Part shown: positions 19,327-28,218 of the stretch, in pieces
Layout of the letters: each line of letters starts with the position of its first letter
Position numbering within the stretch: the stretch's first letter is position 1
Assembly: GCA_943787795.1 (NCBI GenBank)
Contig: CALSNU010000004.1
Location: forward strand, 512,001-576,000
Reading direction: 5' to 3'
Length of the DNA: 64,000 nucleotides
From: an uncultured bacterium
Lineage (GTDB): Bacteria > Planctomycetota > UBA1135 > GCA-002686595
Notes under the pieces: generated by a model
The model's database searches: none
What the model saw: the letters and a program-made list of their open reading frames with translations, nothing else
What the model was told of the DNA's origin: nothing
Translations under genes and position numbers: made by a program

Positions 19327-20562
19327 TCAGACGTTGAGATCCTCTGCCCCGTACCGCTCTTGCGTCTCCGTGGGAATGAACTCCTTGAGGTGCTCCAGCT
19401 CGCCCGCCTCTCGGATCAAGTGCCTCGCGATGACAATCCGCTGCACCTGGTTGGTCCCCTCGTAGATCTGGAGGATCTTGGCGTCCCGGAAGAACTTGGC
19501 GATGGGGTAGTCCTCCATGAAGCCGTAGCCGCCGAAGACCTGCACGGCATCGGTGGCCACCTCCATGGCGACGTCGCTGGAGAGACACTTGGCCATGGCC
19601 GCCATCTTCGAGTTCATCGGGTTCGGCCCCTTCTCATCGATCGCAGCCGCAGCGGCGTAGGTCAGCTGCCTGGCCGACTCCGTCTTCATCGCCATGTCGG
19701 CGAGCATCTTCTGCACCATCTGGTGCTGGCTGATGGGCACCTTGAACTGGACGCGGCGGTTGGCGTACACGTTGGCGAGATCGAGCGCTCCCTGGGAGGC
19801 GCCGACGGCCTGGGCCGCGACACCCGGCCGCGCGTGGTCCAGCGTCATCATGGCGTGCTTGAAGCCCATGCCCTCGCGGCCGCCGATGAGGTTCTCAGCA
19901 GGGACGCGAACGTTGTCGAAGTGGGTCTCGACCACGGGGACTCCACGGATGCCCATCTTGTTCTCCACCTTGTTGATGGTGAAGCCGGGCGTGCCCTTCT
20001 CGACGATGAAGGCGCTGATCCGGCGAGACCTCGAGGTGGCGTCGGTGACGGCGAAGACGGAGTAGATGTCGGCGATGCCGCCGTTCGTCGTCCACTTCTT
20101 CTCGCCGTTGATGATGTAGTCATCCCCGTCCTTGACCGCCGTCACCGCGAGGCCGCTGGCGTCAGAGCCGGCGAACTTCTCGGAGAGGCAGAACGCGACG
20201 AACTTCTCGCCGTTGCCGATCAGGGGCAGGTACTTCTTCTTCTGCTCCTCGGTTCCGCCGAGCACGATCGGGAACGAGCCGAGGGCGTTGACCGCAAAGG
20301 CGACGCCGAATCCGGAATCCGCCTTCGCGAGCTCCTCGGCGATCAGCGACAGGGCGAGGACGCCGGCGCTGTGTCCGCCGTACTCCTTGGGGATCCAGGT
20401 CTTGAAGAGGCCTGCCTTGGCGAGGGCCTGCGCCGCCTCCATGTTGTACTCGTGCTTCTCGTCGAGCTCGGCGGCCTTGGGGCGCACGACCTCGTCCGCG
20501 ATCTTTCGGGCGAGGGCCTGAAGTTCCAGGGCCTGTTCGCTGAAGACAATGTTCTGCTGCAT
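19327..20562 (-). CDS. Acyl-CoA dehydrogenase
   Basis: FCLSEKFAGSDA, INGEKKWTTNGG, KMGIRG, RVQFKVPI, QVFGGYGF, QIYEGTNQVQR. Confidence 0.95.
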   Translation of the reverse strand: MQQNIVFSEQALELQALARKIADEVVRPKAAELDEKHEYNMEAAQALAKAGLFKTWIPKEYGGHSAGVLALSLIAEELAKADSGFGVAFAVNALGSFPIVLGGTEEQKKKYLPLIGNGEKFVAFCLSEKFAGSDASGLAVTAVKDGDDYIINGEKKWTTNGGIADIYSVFAVTDATSRSRRISAFIVEKGTPGFTINKVENKMGIRGVPVVETHFDNVRVPAENLIGGREGMGFKHAMMTLDHARPGVAAQAVGASQGALDLANVYANRRVQFKVPISQHQMVQKMLADMAMKTESARQLTYAAAAAIDEKGPNPMNSKMAAMAKCLSSDVAMEVATDAVQVFGGYGFMEDYPIAKFFRDAKILQIYEGTNQVQRIVIARHLIREAGELEHLKEFIPTETQERYGAEDLNV

Positions 20563-20683
20563 GACGTTCTACGCGGCCTGCATGGGTCCGGAAGCCCCCC
20601 TCCTGGGGGATGGACTGCCGCGCTTCGGGCAAGAAGTCTAAGGGCAGGGGCGACCTGCCCGATGTCCAATCCGCGACAGTCCG

Positions 20684-21430
20684 TCAGGATCGGGCGAGGA
20701 CGACCTGTCGGTCAGCCTGCGCGGGGTCAAAGGGCTCCCCCTCGAAGCTCCCTGCCCGCCCCACCACAGGCAGGCCACGCGCCGCCAGGAGGACGTCGAT
20801 TTCCTCTGGTTCGTACATCCGGACCTCCTCGCGCCACCGCCGGACCTCGCCGCTGGCGAGGGTCAGCAGGACCTCCTTCACCACCCGGCGCCCGCCGTCC
20901 TCCAGGGATCGCCGGGATTCGAGGACGATCCCGTCCCGCTCCTCCCGCGAGGCCGGACGCAGCCCGCGCCGGATGGCTGCCGGGTTCATGAGATCCATCA
21001 CGAGGGTCCCGCCGGACCGCAGGACCCGCGCCATCTCATCCAGGGCAGCACTGTCTCCCTCCTCTCCGAGGTAGCCAAAGGAGGTGAAGAGGTTGACGAC
21101 GGCGCCAAAGGACCCGCTGGCAAAGGGCAGCGACCGCATGTCCGCCTGGCCGAGCCGACCTCGGAGGCGCTCGCCCGCTCCCTCCATGTCTCCGGACGAA
21201 GCCAGGAGGTCAAAGGACAGGTCGATCCCGAAGATGTCGAACCCCGCCTCCGCCAGCGCGAGGCTGTGGCGCCCGAAGCCGCAGCAGTCGTCGAGGACCG
21301 GGCCACTAATTCCGGCCAGGACCTCATCGGCGAGCCACCGCACCTCCGCCCTCGCTGCGGCGAGGTTGCGGTGCGCGTAGACGTCGCGGTAATCGCTACG
21401 GAAGGCCTCGACGTACCAGGGGGCTGACAT
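20684..21430 (-). CDS. Class I SAM-dependent methyltransferase
   Basis: From ATG 21430: VLDDCCGFGRH, GIDLS, QADMRSLPF, NLFTSFGY, VLRSGG. The upstream part of the 714-aa ORF is the antisense shadow of dgt. Confidence 0.88.
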   Translation of the reverse strand: MSAPWYVEAFRSDYRDVYAHRNLAAARAEVRWLADEVLAGISGPVLDDCCGFGRHSLALAEAGFDIFGIDLSFDLLASSGDMEGAGERLRGRLGQADMRSLPFASGSFGAVVNLFTSFGYLGEEGDSAALDEMARVLRSGGTLVMDLMNPAAIRRGLRPASREERDGIVLESRRSLEDGGRRVVKEVLLTLASGEVRRWREEVRMYEPEEIDVLLAARGLPVVGRAGSFEGEPFDPAQADRQVVLARS

Positions 21431-21622
21431 GGCGGGGAGGATAAGGGCAGGGCACGGCATCGCACCACCGGGTGGGCTCCAGAGGGCGGGAAGAGTTGGC
21501 CGTACGGGTCGCCGTGGGGCTGAGATGCCCACCAGCCTCGGACAAAGGGTAGTCTCCCCGACACCCTGCCCCGCCCCACCCGTCCCGGCGGGACCGGCCC
21601 GCCTCCCACGGGCCCCACGCCC

Positions 21623-22825
21623 ATGAGCGACCCCGCACCCGCATCCATCTGTGACCGCGTCACCCGCGAGAGCAGGGAGGCTGAACAGCTCGCGAGCTAT
21701 GCCATGCGCAGCGTGGACTCGATCGGGCGACGATACCCGGAGTCCCCTGACCCCCACCGCACGATCTTCGAGCGGGACCGGGACCGGATCACCCACTCCA
21801 CCGCGTTCCGGCGCCTCCAGTACAAGACTCAGGTCTTCCTGAACGACGAGGGGGACCACCACCGAACGCGCCTCTCCCACAGCCTTGAGGTGTGCCAGGT
21901 GGCGCGCAGCGTCGCGGGGGTCTTGCGGCTGAACGAGCCGCTCGCCGAGGGCCTCAGCCTCGCGCACGACATCGGTCACCCGCCGTTCGGCCACCGCGGC
22001 GAGTGGGCGCTCAACGACTGCATGGCCGAGCATGGGGGCTTCCGACACAACGCTCAGGTCCTGCGGGTGGTCGACGTGCTGGAGCGGCGGAGCCCGGATC
22101 ACCCCGGACTCAACCTGACCAGGGAGCTGAGGGAGTCCCTGCTCAAGCACGAGAAGCCCGAGGACTGGCCCGACGAGTTCGGCCTCAAGCCAAGGCACCC
22201 GGTGCTCGAGGGCCAGGTCGTCGACCTCGCCGACTCCACGGCCTACAACAAGCACGACATCGAGGACGGCCTGAGCGCAGGCATGTTCACGGAGCAGACC
22301 CTCGGGGCGGAGGTCGAGCTCTGGCGCGTCGCTCAGGCCCGCATCGAGGAGCGCCACCCAGGCTTCCTGAGCCAGAGCCCTGACGACCCGCGGCTCCAGA
22401 TCGGTCGGACCGCAAACGAGGTGATCGGGATCTGCATCGTCGACCTGTGCCAGGCAACCCTCAGGAACGTCCAGGACAGCGGCGTGGAGTCCTCTGCGGA
22501 CGTTCGCGCTCACCAGACCATGCTCTGCGCCCACTCGCGCGAGGTCCAACCCATGGTGGCGGAGCTCCAGCGCTTCCTCTACAAGCACTTCTACCGCCAC
22601 CCTTACCTGCAGGCCTTCCGCGTCTGGGCCAAGGCGGTGATCAGCGGGCTCTTCGACGCCTACGTCGCGGCCCCGGCCGAGATGTCGACCTGGTTCCTTG
22701 AGTGGGGCGAAGACGTGGGCACCGAGCGCGCGATCTGCGACTACATCGCCGGGATGACGGACCGCTTCGCCGTGCAGGAATACACTCGCCTCATCGGACC
22801 CGTGCCCCCGCTCGAACGTCCGTGA
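21623..22825 (+). CDS. dgt: Deoxyguanosinetriphosphate triphosphohydrolase (HD-domain dNTPase)
   Basis: FERDRDRITHSTAFRRLQYKTQV, RTRLSHSLEV, AHDIGHPPFGH, DYIAGMTDRFA. Confidence 0.95.
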   Translation: MSDPAPASICDRVTRESREAEQLASYAMRSVDSIGRRYPESPDPHRTIFERDRDRITHSTAFRRLQYKTQVFLNDEGDHHRTRLSHSLEVCQVARSVAGVLRLNEPLAEGLSLAHDIGHPPFGHRGEWALNDCMAEHGGFRHNAQVLRVVDVLERRSPDHPGLNLTRELRESLLKHEKPEDWPDEFGLKPRHPVLEGQVVDLADSTAYNKHDIEDGLSAGMFTEQTLGAEVELWRVAQARIEERHPGFLSQSPDDPRLQIGRTANEVIGICIVDLCQATLRNVQDSGVESSADVRAHQTMLCAHSREVQPMVAELQRFLYKHFYRHPYLQAFRVWAKAVISGLFDAYVAAPAEMSTWFLEWGEDVGTERAICDYIAGMTDRFAVQEYTRLIGPVPPLERP

Positions 22826-22902
22826 CACGTCCCGGCCGGGCGGCCCCTGTCGCCCGGCGCCCCCAATCCCCCCGACCCAGACTCCCCCACCCAGAGCAGG
22901 CC

Positions 22903-23253
22903 ATGGCCAAGCGAATCGACTGGATCTACCACCGCAAGGGCTGAACCAGCTGCAAGCGCGCCGACGCGTTCCTCGAGAACGCCGGCGTGACCGTCCGTGA
23001 GACGGTCAATGCAGCCAAGGAACGAATCGGCGAGGCGGACCTCGCAGAGCTCTTCGAAGGGAGCCGCAAGGTGACCGCAGCGAAGGGCAAGAAGGTCGTC
23101 GTCCTCGACCTCGCGAAGGACCCTGACGCCCAGCAACAGCTGGCCGCTGTGGTCCTTGGACCCACGGGAAACCTGCGGGCTCCGAGCGCCAAGGTCGGCA
23201 AGAACTGGCTGATCGGCTTCAACGAAGACGAGTACTCCAAGGTCTTCGGCTGA
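22903..23253 (+). CDS. ArsC/Spx-like thioredoxin-fold protein, probable selenoprotein (UGA=Sec at codon 14; U-T-S-C)
   Basis: ATG 22903 gives MAKRIDWIYHRKG-TGA(22942-22944)-TSCKRADAFL...GPTGNLRAP...LIGFNEDEY (116 aa). The UGA sits at the first Cys position of the ArsC-like CxxC. Confidence 0.85.
22955..22970 (+). promoter_or_regulatory. Candidate bacterial SECIS hairpin
   Basis: AGCGCG-CCGA-CGCGTT, a 6-bp stem starting at the 11th nt after the in-frame UGA. Confidence 0.55.
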
Positions 23254-23271
23254 TCGGGCTCCGCCCCACCC

Positions 23272-23312
23272 GGACGCCCGGGCTGTCTCCTTCCGGGGCA
23301 GCCCGGGCGTCC
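23272..23312 (+). terminator. Strong hairpin after the ArsC-like gene
   Basis: Perfect 14-bp inverted repeat GGACGCCCGGGCTG / CAGCCCGGGCGTCC. Confidence 0.65.
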
Positions 23313-23457
23313 TCACGTAGAAGATCCGGGCCAGCGCCACCTCCTAGCTGCTCGAGGTCAAGCGGGCCGTGGGGCTCGGTCGATTTTAGATGAGAACGTC
23401 CGTCGTCGGGGCAGCGCTGCCCCGTGGGAGCGGATCGTCAATCACCTGGAGTGCACC

Positions 23458-24862
23458 TTGGCCCACACCTCCGCCTCGAGCCCGCCGCGCGCAGCACGGC
23501 TGGCGCTCGACTCGAATTCAGTGACCCCCGTCGAGTCCGCCGTCGAGAAGTTCTTCGGGACCCTTCGCGGCGCGGACATCCCGATTGTCGCGATGGCCGG
23601 GTCGCGCTTTGCCCCCGTGCTCCGTGACCCGCAGGGTCTAGAGTTGATGTGCTTGCCAAGGCACCTCGACCGCGTCTCTCGGTTCCTCAAGCACGCCCTC
23701 GACGCCGAGGGCGCCTCCGTCGTCTGGTCGAGCCAGGCGAAGGGCACCGCCACCTTCCAGCTGTATGCCTTCTGCGGGTCAGATCGACATCACCACCTGC
23801 GGCTGGTGGTGAACACCCGCCGCCAGTGGCAGGGCGTCACCTACTTCGAAGCCAATGAGGTCTTCCGGAACCGTGACACCAGCCGGAGTCCCCAGCGGCC
23901 GGCTGCTGTCATTGGAACCCTGGCTCAGTTCTTGCCCGGCTACCTCGGATCAGGGCACATCGAGCGCGAGTCCACGACGCGGCTCGCGATGACCGCAGAC
24001 ACCCACCCCGCACAACTTCGGGCGGTGCTCGGCAAAATGGTCGGGACCACCGCAGCCGAGAGGTTCGTCGACGCGCTCCGCGATGAGGAGCTCTCCAGCC
24101 TCATCAAGGAGGCCCCGCGCTTCCGACGGGCGCTGCTGCGCCGCTCGCTCCTCCGTCACCCCCTCAAGACCCTGAGCGCGCTCGCCCGGCGGCTCTCGGG
24201 TGGAGAGCGCGACGACCCCGGCTTCCTCGTGGCGGTCATGGGCCCGCAAGGAGCCGAGACCCAAGCGCTGGCGGCCGAGATGAGGACCGAGCTCCGCGCA
24301 CCGTTCGGCGCCAGCAGCTGCACGTCCCTACAGCCGGTCGAGGACCCCGACGCGGCGGGCGGCAGCCCCCAGGACCGAGAGCACCGCCCGAGGCTCGTCC
24401 TGGTGGCGCGCGACGCGTCACTTCCTGGAGTTCCGGCGCACGTTCCGCGCGTCCGTGGAGCCTGTTCTCCGCAGCGGAGGCGCCGTGGTGGTCGATGGCT
24501 GGGTCGACGACTGGGCCATCGAGCCCGGACGCTTCGGCCTCACGGGCGGCGGCGCGCTCGTCCGCTGGATGGCCGCCAGAGCTCGGCGGCCCGACGTCAT
24601 CCTGGTCTGCTCTCCGACGTCGACGGAGCTCATGCAGCGCCGGCCAGAGCTGTCTCGGCGGGAAGCCCTGGCGCTCACTGCAGCCTATGAGGCCTTCGCC
24701 GCAGACCAGCCGACGGCCTTCGCGGTCCCCTGCGAGGGCGACGACCAGCCCGCAGTGGACCTCGCCATGGCCGCGACGCTCGCTGGCATGGAGGCGCTGA
24801 CGCCAGGCGCGGCGCTCCTGAGCCTCTCTCGAAGGGGTCAGTCCGCCGGGCAAGCGGCCTGA
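23458..24862 (+). CDS. Hypothetical protein with a C-terminal thymidylate-kinase-like domain, degenerate P-loop (one apparent frameshift)
   Basis: ORFs 23458..24690 and 24455..24862 join by removing one C at 24366-24370 (467 aa). GFLVAVMGPQGAET, VVVDGWVDDWAIEPGRF, RPDVILVC. Confidence 0.5.
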
Positions 24863-26289
24863 TGAGCCCGGCCGAGCTCTTCATCGACCGGTGGTACCCC
24901 GTCCTTCGGGGGGGCCCCCCGCCCGTGGCCTCCTTCGACCTTCGAGATCGCCAGGGCGCCGAGGCCGTGCGAGAGGCATGGGCCCGACTGGGGCCCGGCG
25001 AACGGATCTTGATCCGGACCCCTGGCAACGCGGCGGCGCGCTCCCGGCTCGCCCGCCTCGGAGCGCTCCTTGAGGCATCAGACTCGGCCGAGAGCTTCCT
25101 GGAGTTCGGGGCAGGACGCCGAGTCGTCACCCTGCTCCCCGCGGACGATGGCGCTGCCTTCCGGGGGAGCCTCGACCTGCTGCCCCACGACCTCCCAGGA
25201 GGCCGGGCCCTAGCGGCCCTGCTGCGGCTCGCCAGTCCCTTCAAGCTGGCCCACCGCTTTGGGCGCCCCGAGATCTCGGTCTGGACCCGCCTCGGCCACG
25301 CGCTCCCCGTCCTGGATCTCCCGGTCATCCCCGTGGACGGCCAGGTGGCGGTTCAGGTGACCAAGGCTGATTCAGATCAGCCGCTGACGGTGCGCGCCAT
25401 GGACCGACGCGGTGACGCCAGGGTGGCCCTGCAGGTCGGCGTCTCGCCCGCCTCGGCAGCGTCCGTCCTTCGCGGCTCGGCGGCGCTGGCGTTCCTCAGG
25501 GAGGCCGCGCTGGAGCATCGCTCCCTGGCCTTCGCCAGCGGTGAGCGCGAGGGGTGCCCCTGGCTCGCATCGAACGCGACGGCTCCGACCTCCACGGCCC
25601 CGGGAGCGGGCTTCGAGGCCCAGCATGCCGCTCTCCTCCTGGACCTGCTGGGGCACGGGACCGCGAGCGCACCCCTCGGAGAGATCGAGGCGTTCGTCGA
25701 CGCCCGGCGGCAGCTGGACTCGCTCTGGAGAGACCACGATCCGCAGTGGCACGACGACTACTCGGGGCTCGCGAGGGCCCTCCAGCACTCGGCCGCCGGC
25801 GCTGCCGTTGATACGGGGCCAGCCCATGGTGACCTCTCCCCCGAGACGATCCGACCGGAGGCGGGCACCCCTCACGCCGACGACTGGGGACGGTTCGCCC
25901 GACAGGCGCCGCTGCTCTACGACTTGTTCCACTTCCTCACCCAGCTTCCCGGGCCCGGGCAGGCTCCCTCAGACGAGGCGTCAGCAGCGGAGCCGCCCTC
26001 GATCAAGAGCGTCTGGGACAGCCTGCGCCAGAGCCTCTCCGGAGTGGCCTTCGACGTGGTGGCCGCGAGCGGGCTCTCGAACGGCGCGCTCGCGCTTCAC
26101 CTCGGCCTCACGGTCTTGGTGGACGGCACAGCGGCCGAGATGAGAGCTCGACTCGGAAAGGAGACAGGTGCACGTCCTGGACTCCAGAGGTCCCTGAGGC
26201 AGGAGCTGGCGCGGCGTTGCCGCGAGGTCCTCGATGGCGAGCGGCGCGGCCCCTGGCCCAGGGACGACGAGCACCTCAGGGCAGCCTGA
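24862..26289 (+). CDS. Aminoglycoside-phosphotransferase/kinase-like fold protein (degenerate)
   Basis: AHGDLSPETI...DDWGRF...PLLYDLFHF. Translationally coupled to the upstream gene (TGATG). Confidence 0.55.
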   Translation: MSPAELFIDRWYPVLRGGPPPVASFDLRDRQGAEAVREAWARLGPGERILIRTPGNAAARSRLARLGALLEASDSAESFLEFGAGRRVVTLLPADDGAAFRGSLDLLPHDLPGGRALAALLRLASPFKLAHRFGRPEISVWTRLGHALPVLDLPVIPVDGQVAVQVTKADSDQPLTVRAMDRRGDARVALQVGVSPASAASVLRGSAALAFLREAALEHRSLAFASGEREGCPWLASNATAPTSTAPGAGFEAQHAALLLDLLGHGTASAPLGEIEAFVDARRQLDSLWRDHDPQWHDDYSGLARALQHSAAGAAVDTGPAHGDLSPETIRPEAGTPHADDWGRFARQAPLLYDLFHFLTQLPGPGQAPSDEASAAEPPSIKSVWDSLRQSLSGVAFDVVAASGLSNGALALHLGLTVLVDGTAAEMRARLGKETGARPGLQRSLRQELARRCREVLDGERRGPWPRDDEHLRAA

Positions 26290-26429
26290 GCCAGCCCCGT
26301 TCGGCCGCCTGATGCACGGATCCCCCTGACCGCGATCCGTCTCTCACCGTCGACGCTTCGCTGGCCTCCCCGGCCAGGGTCTGTTGGCCTCCTCCGACCG
26401 CCCGTCCCGGCGAGCTCCCCCATCTGGAC

Positions 26430-26525
26430 CTCCACGGCTGGGTCTCCACGGCTGGGTCTCCACGGCTGGGTCTCCACGGCTGGGTCTCCACGGCTGAGTC
26501 TCCACAGCTGGGTCTCCACAGCTGG
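26430..26525. repeat. 14-bp tandem repeat, ~7 copies (CTCCACGGCTGGGT)
   Basis: Four exact copies, then three variants, read directly from the sequence. Confidence 0.95.
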
Positions 26526-26581
26526 AGCCCCGCGGGCAAGGCTTCAGCCGGGGCTCCACCCTGGGCTCCCGCCCGGCGAGG

Positions 26582-26677
26582 TCCCCGGACGTCGAGCTCC
26601 CCGGACACCGTGTTCTCCGGACGCCGTGTTCTCCGGACGCCGAGTCGCCCGGACGCCGAGTTCCCCGGATATCGGGG
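26582..26677. repeat. Degenerate 16-bp tandem repeat, ~6 copies (TCYCCGGACGCCGWGT)
   Basis: Units start at 26582, 26598, 26614, 26630, 26646 and 26662. Confidence 0.8.
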
Positions 26678-26892
26678 GACGCCGCACGCGACCCCGCCGA
26701 CAGGAGCGAGGACCGGCTCGCCTTCGGTGCCCGTCGCCCGTTTGTTAGCGTGCGCACCTGAGAGCGCGGAGCCGCCCCAGGGCTCGCCTGTGGGCTCTCC
26801 TGCTGGCTCTTCTGCTGCCCCTCTGCAGGCCCTCCGGCCGGTGGACTCACACCCGCTCAGTCGTCCGTCACGGCCTCTCCACGGTCCCCCCA

Positions 26893-28218
26893 ATGGTCCT
26901 CCCCTCCGTCGCCGCCCTCCTGCTCGACTCCACCGATGGCAGCGCTTCTCGGTGGGCCTTCGTGGAGGAGCTCTTCGCCCGCCTCGACACTCCCCTGGAG
27001 CGCCTCGTCGCTGGCTGGATCGGGGTCCTGCTGCTGGCAGTGATCGCCAACTTCGTGGCACGCCGGGTCATCGTGCGCGGGATGCACGCCGTCGTCTCGC
27101 GGACCAAGACCCGCTGGGACGACGTCCTCGTTCAGCACCGCGTCTTCGAGCGGCTGAGCCACCTCGCCCCGGCGCTGGTGGTGTACCTCGCCGCCCGGGT
27201 GCTGCTGGATGGAGAGGGGGAGGAGATCTACCAGGACTACCTCCGGCGGGTCGCCAACGTATGGATGATCCTCGCCGGCGCTCGCACCGTCCACGCGCTG
27301 CTGGATGCCATGGTGATCATCGGCCTCCAGCGCGAGGCCACGCGCATCAAGCCGGTGCGGAGCTACGCCCAGGTGGTCCAGATCCTGGTCTGGGTCAGCG
27401 CCGGCATCCTCTCGGTCGCGGTCCTGATGCAGAAGAGCCCGACGGCGCTCCTGGCGGGGCTCGGCGCCATGACGGCGGTCCTCCTGCTGGTCTTCCGGGA
27501 CACCATCCTCGGCTTCATCGCCAGCATTCAGATCGAGGCCAACCAGATGCTGCGCGTCGGCGACTGGGTCGAGATGCCCAAGTACGGCGCCGACGGCGAC
27601 GTCATCGAGATCGGCCTGCACACGGTCAAGGTTCAGAACTGGGACAAGACGATCACGACGATCCCAACCCACACGTTCATGAGCGACAGCTTCAAGAACT
27701 GGCGCGGGATGACCGACTCCGGCGGGCGGAGAATCAAGCGGTCGATCAACCTCGACATGAACAGCGTGCGCTTCCTCGAAGAGGCCGACCTCGAGCGCCT
27801 GCGGTGCGTCCAGGCGCTCCGCTCCTACCTTGAATCCCGGAGCACGGAGGTCGATCGCTGGAACGAGGAGAACGACGTCGACGGCAGCAGCCCCATCAAC
27901 GGCCGCCGACTCACGAACCTCGGGACGTTCCGCGCCTACGTCGAGGCCTACCTGCACGGGCTGGAGCCGATCCGCGAGGACATGACCTTCCTGGTCCGCC
28001 AGCTCGCTCCCGCGTCGGAGGGGATCCCCATTGAGATCTACGTCTTCAGCGGCGAGCAGCGCTGGGTCCAGTACGAGGCCATCATGGGCGACATCTTCGA
28101 CCACCTGCTCGCGGTCCTCGGGCAGTTCGACCTGCGCGTGTTCCAGCAGCCTGGAGGCGCGGACCTCTCCAGGCTCGAGCCGCTCGTGTCGGCTCAGGCG
28201 GACTCGAACCTGCGCTGA
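26893..28218 (+). CDS. Small-conductance mechanosensitive channel (MscS family, YbdG-like)
   Basis: LLAGLGAMTAVLLLVFRDTILG, GDWVEMPKYGADGDV, VKVQNWDKT, SFKNWRGM..SGGRRIKRS. Confidence 0.93.
   Translation: MVLPSVAALLLDSTDGSASRWAFVEELFARLDTPLERLVAGWIGVLLLAVIANFVARRVIVRGMHAVVSRTKTRWDDVLVQHRVFERLSHLAPALVVYLAARVLLDGEGEEIYQDYLRRVANVWMILAGARTVHALLDAMVIIGLQREATRIKPVRSYAQVVQILVWVSAGILSVAVLMQKSPTALLAGLGAMTAVLLLVFRDTILGFIASIQIEANQMLRVGDWVEMPKYGADGDVIEIGLHTVKVQNWDKTITTIPTHTFMSDSFKNWRGMTDSGGRRIKRSINLDMNSVRFLEEADLERLRCVQALRSYLESRSTEVDRWNEENDVDGSSPINGRRLTNLGTFRAYVEAYLHGLEPIREDMTFLVRQLAPASEGIPIEIYVFSGEQRWVQYEAIMGDIFDHLLAVLGQFDLRVFQQPGGADLSRLEPLVSAQADSNLR

Noticed and set aside
21623..22825. dGTPase as an anti-phage nucleotide-depletion system
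   Set aside because: It looks like the ordinary housekeeping Dgt and has no defence-island context.
20684..22828. 714-aa methyltransferase fusion as listed in the ORF track
   Set aside because: Only the last ~248 aa (from ATG 21430) are methyltransferase; the rest is antisense to dgt.
26430..26677. Possible CRISPR array
   Set aside because: Units are directly adjacent 14- and 16-mers with no unique spacers, and no cas genes are present.
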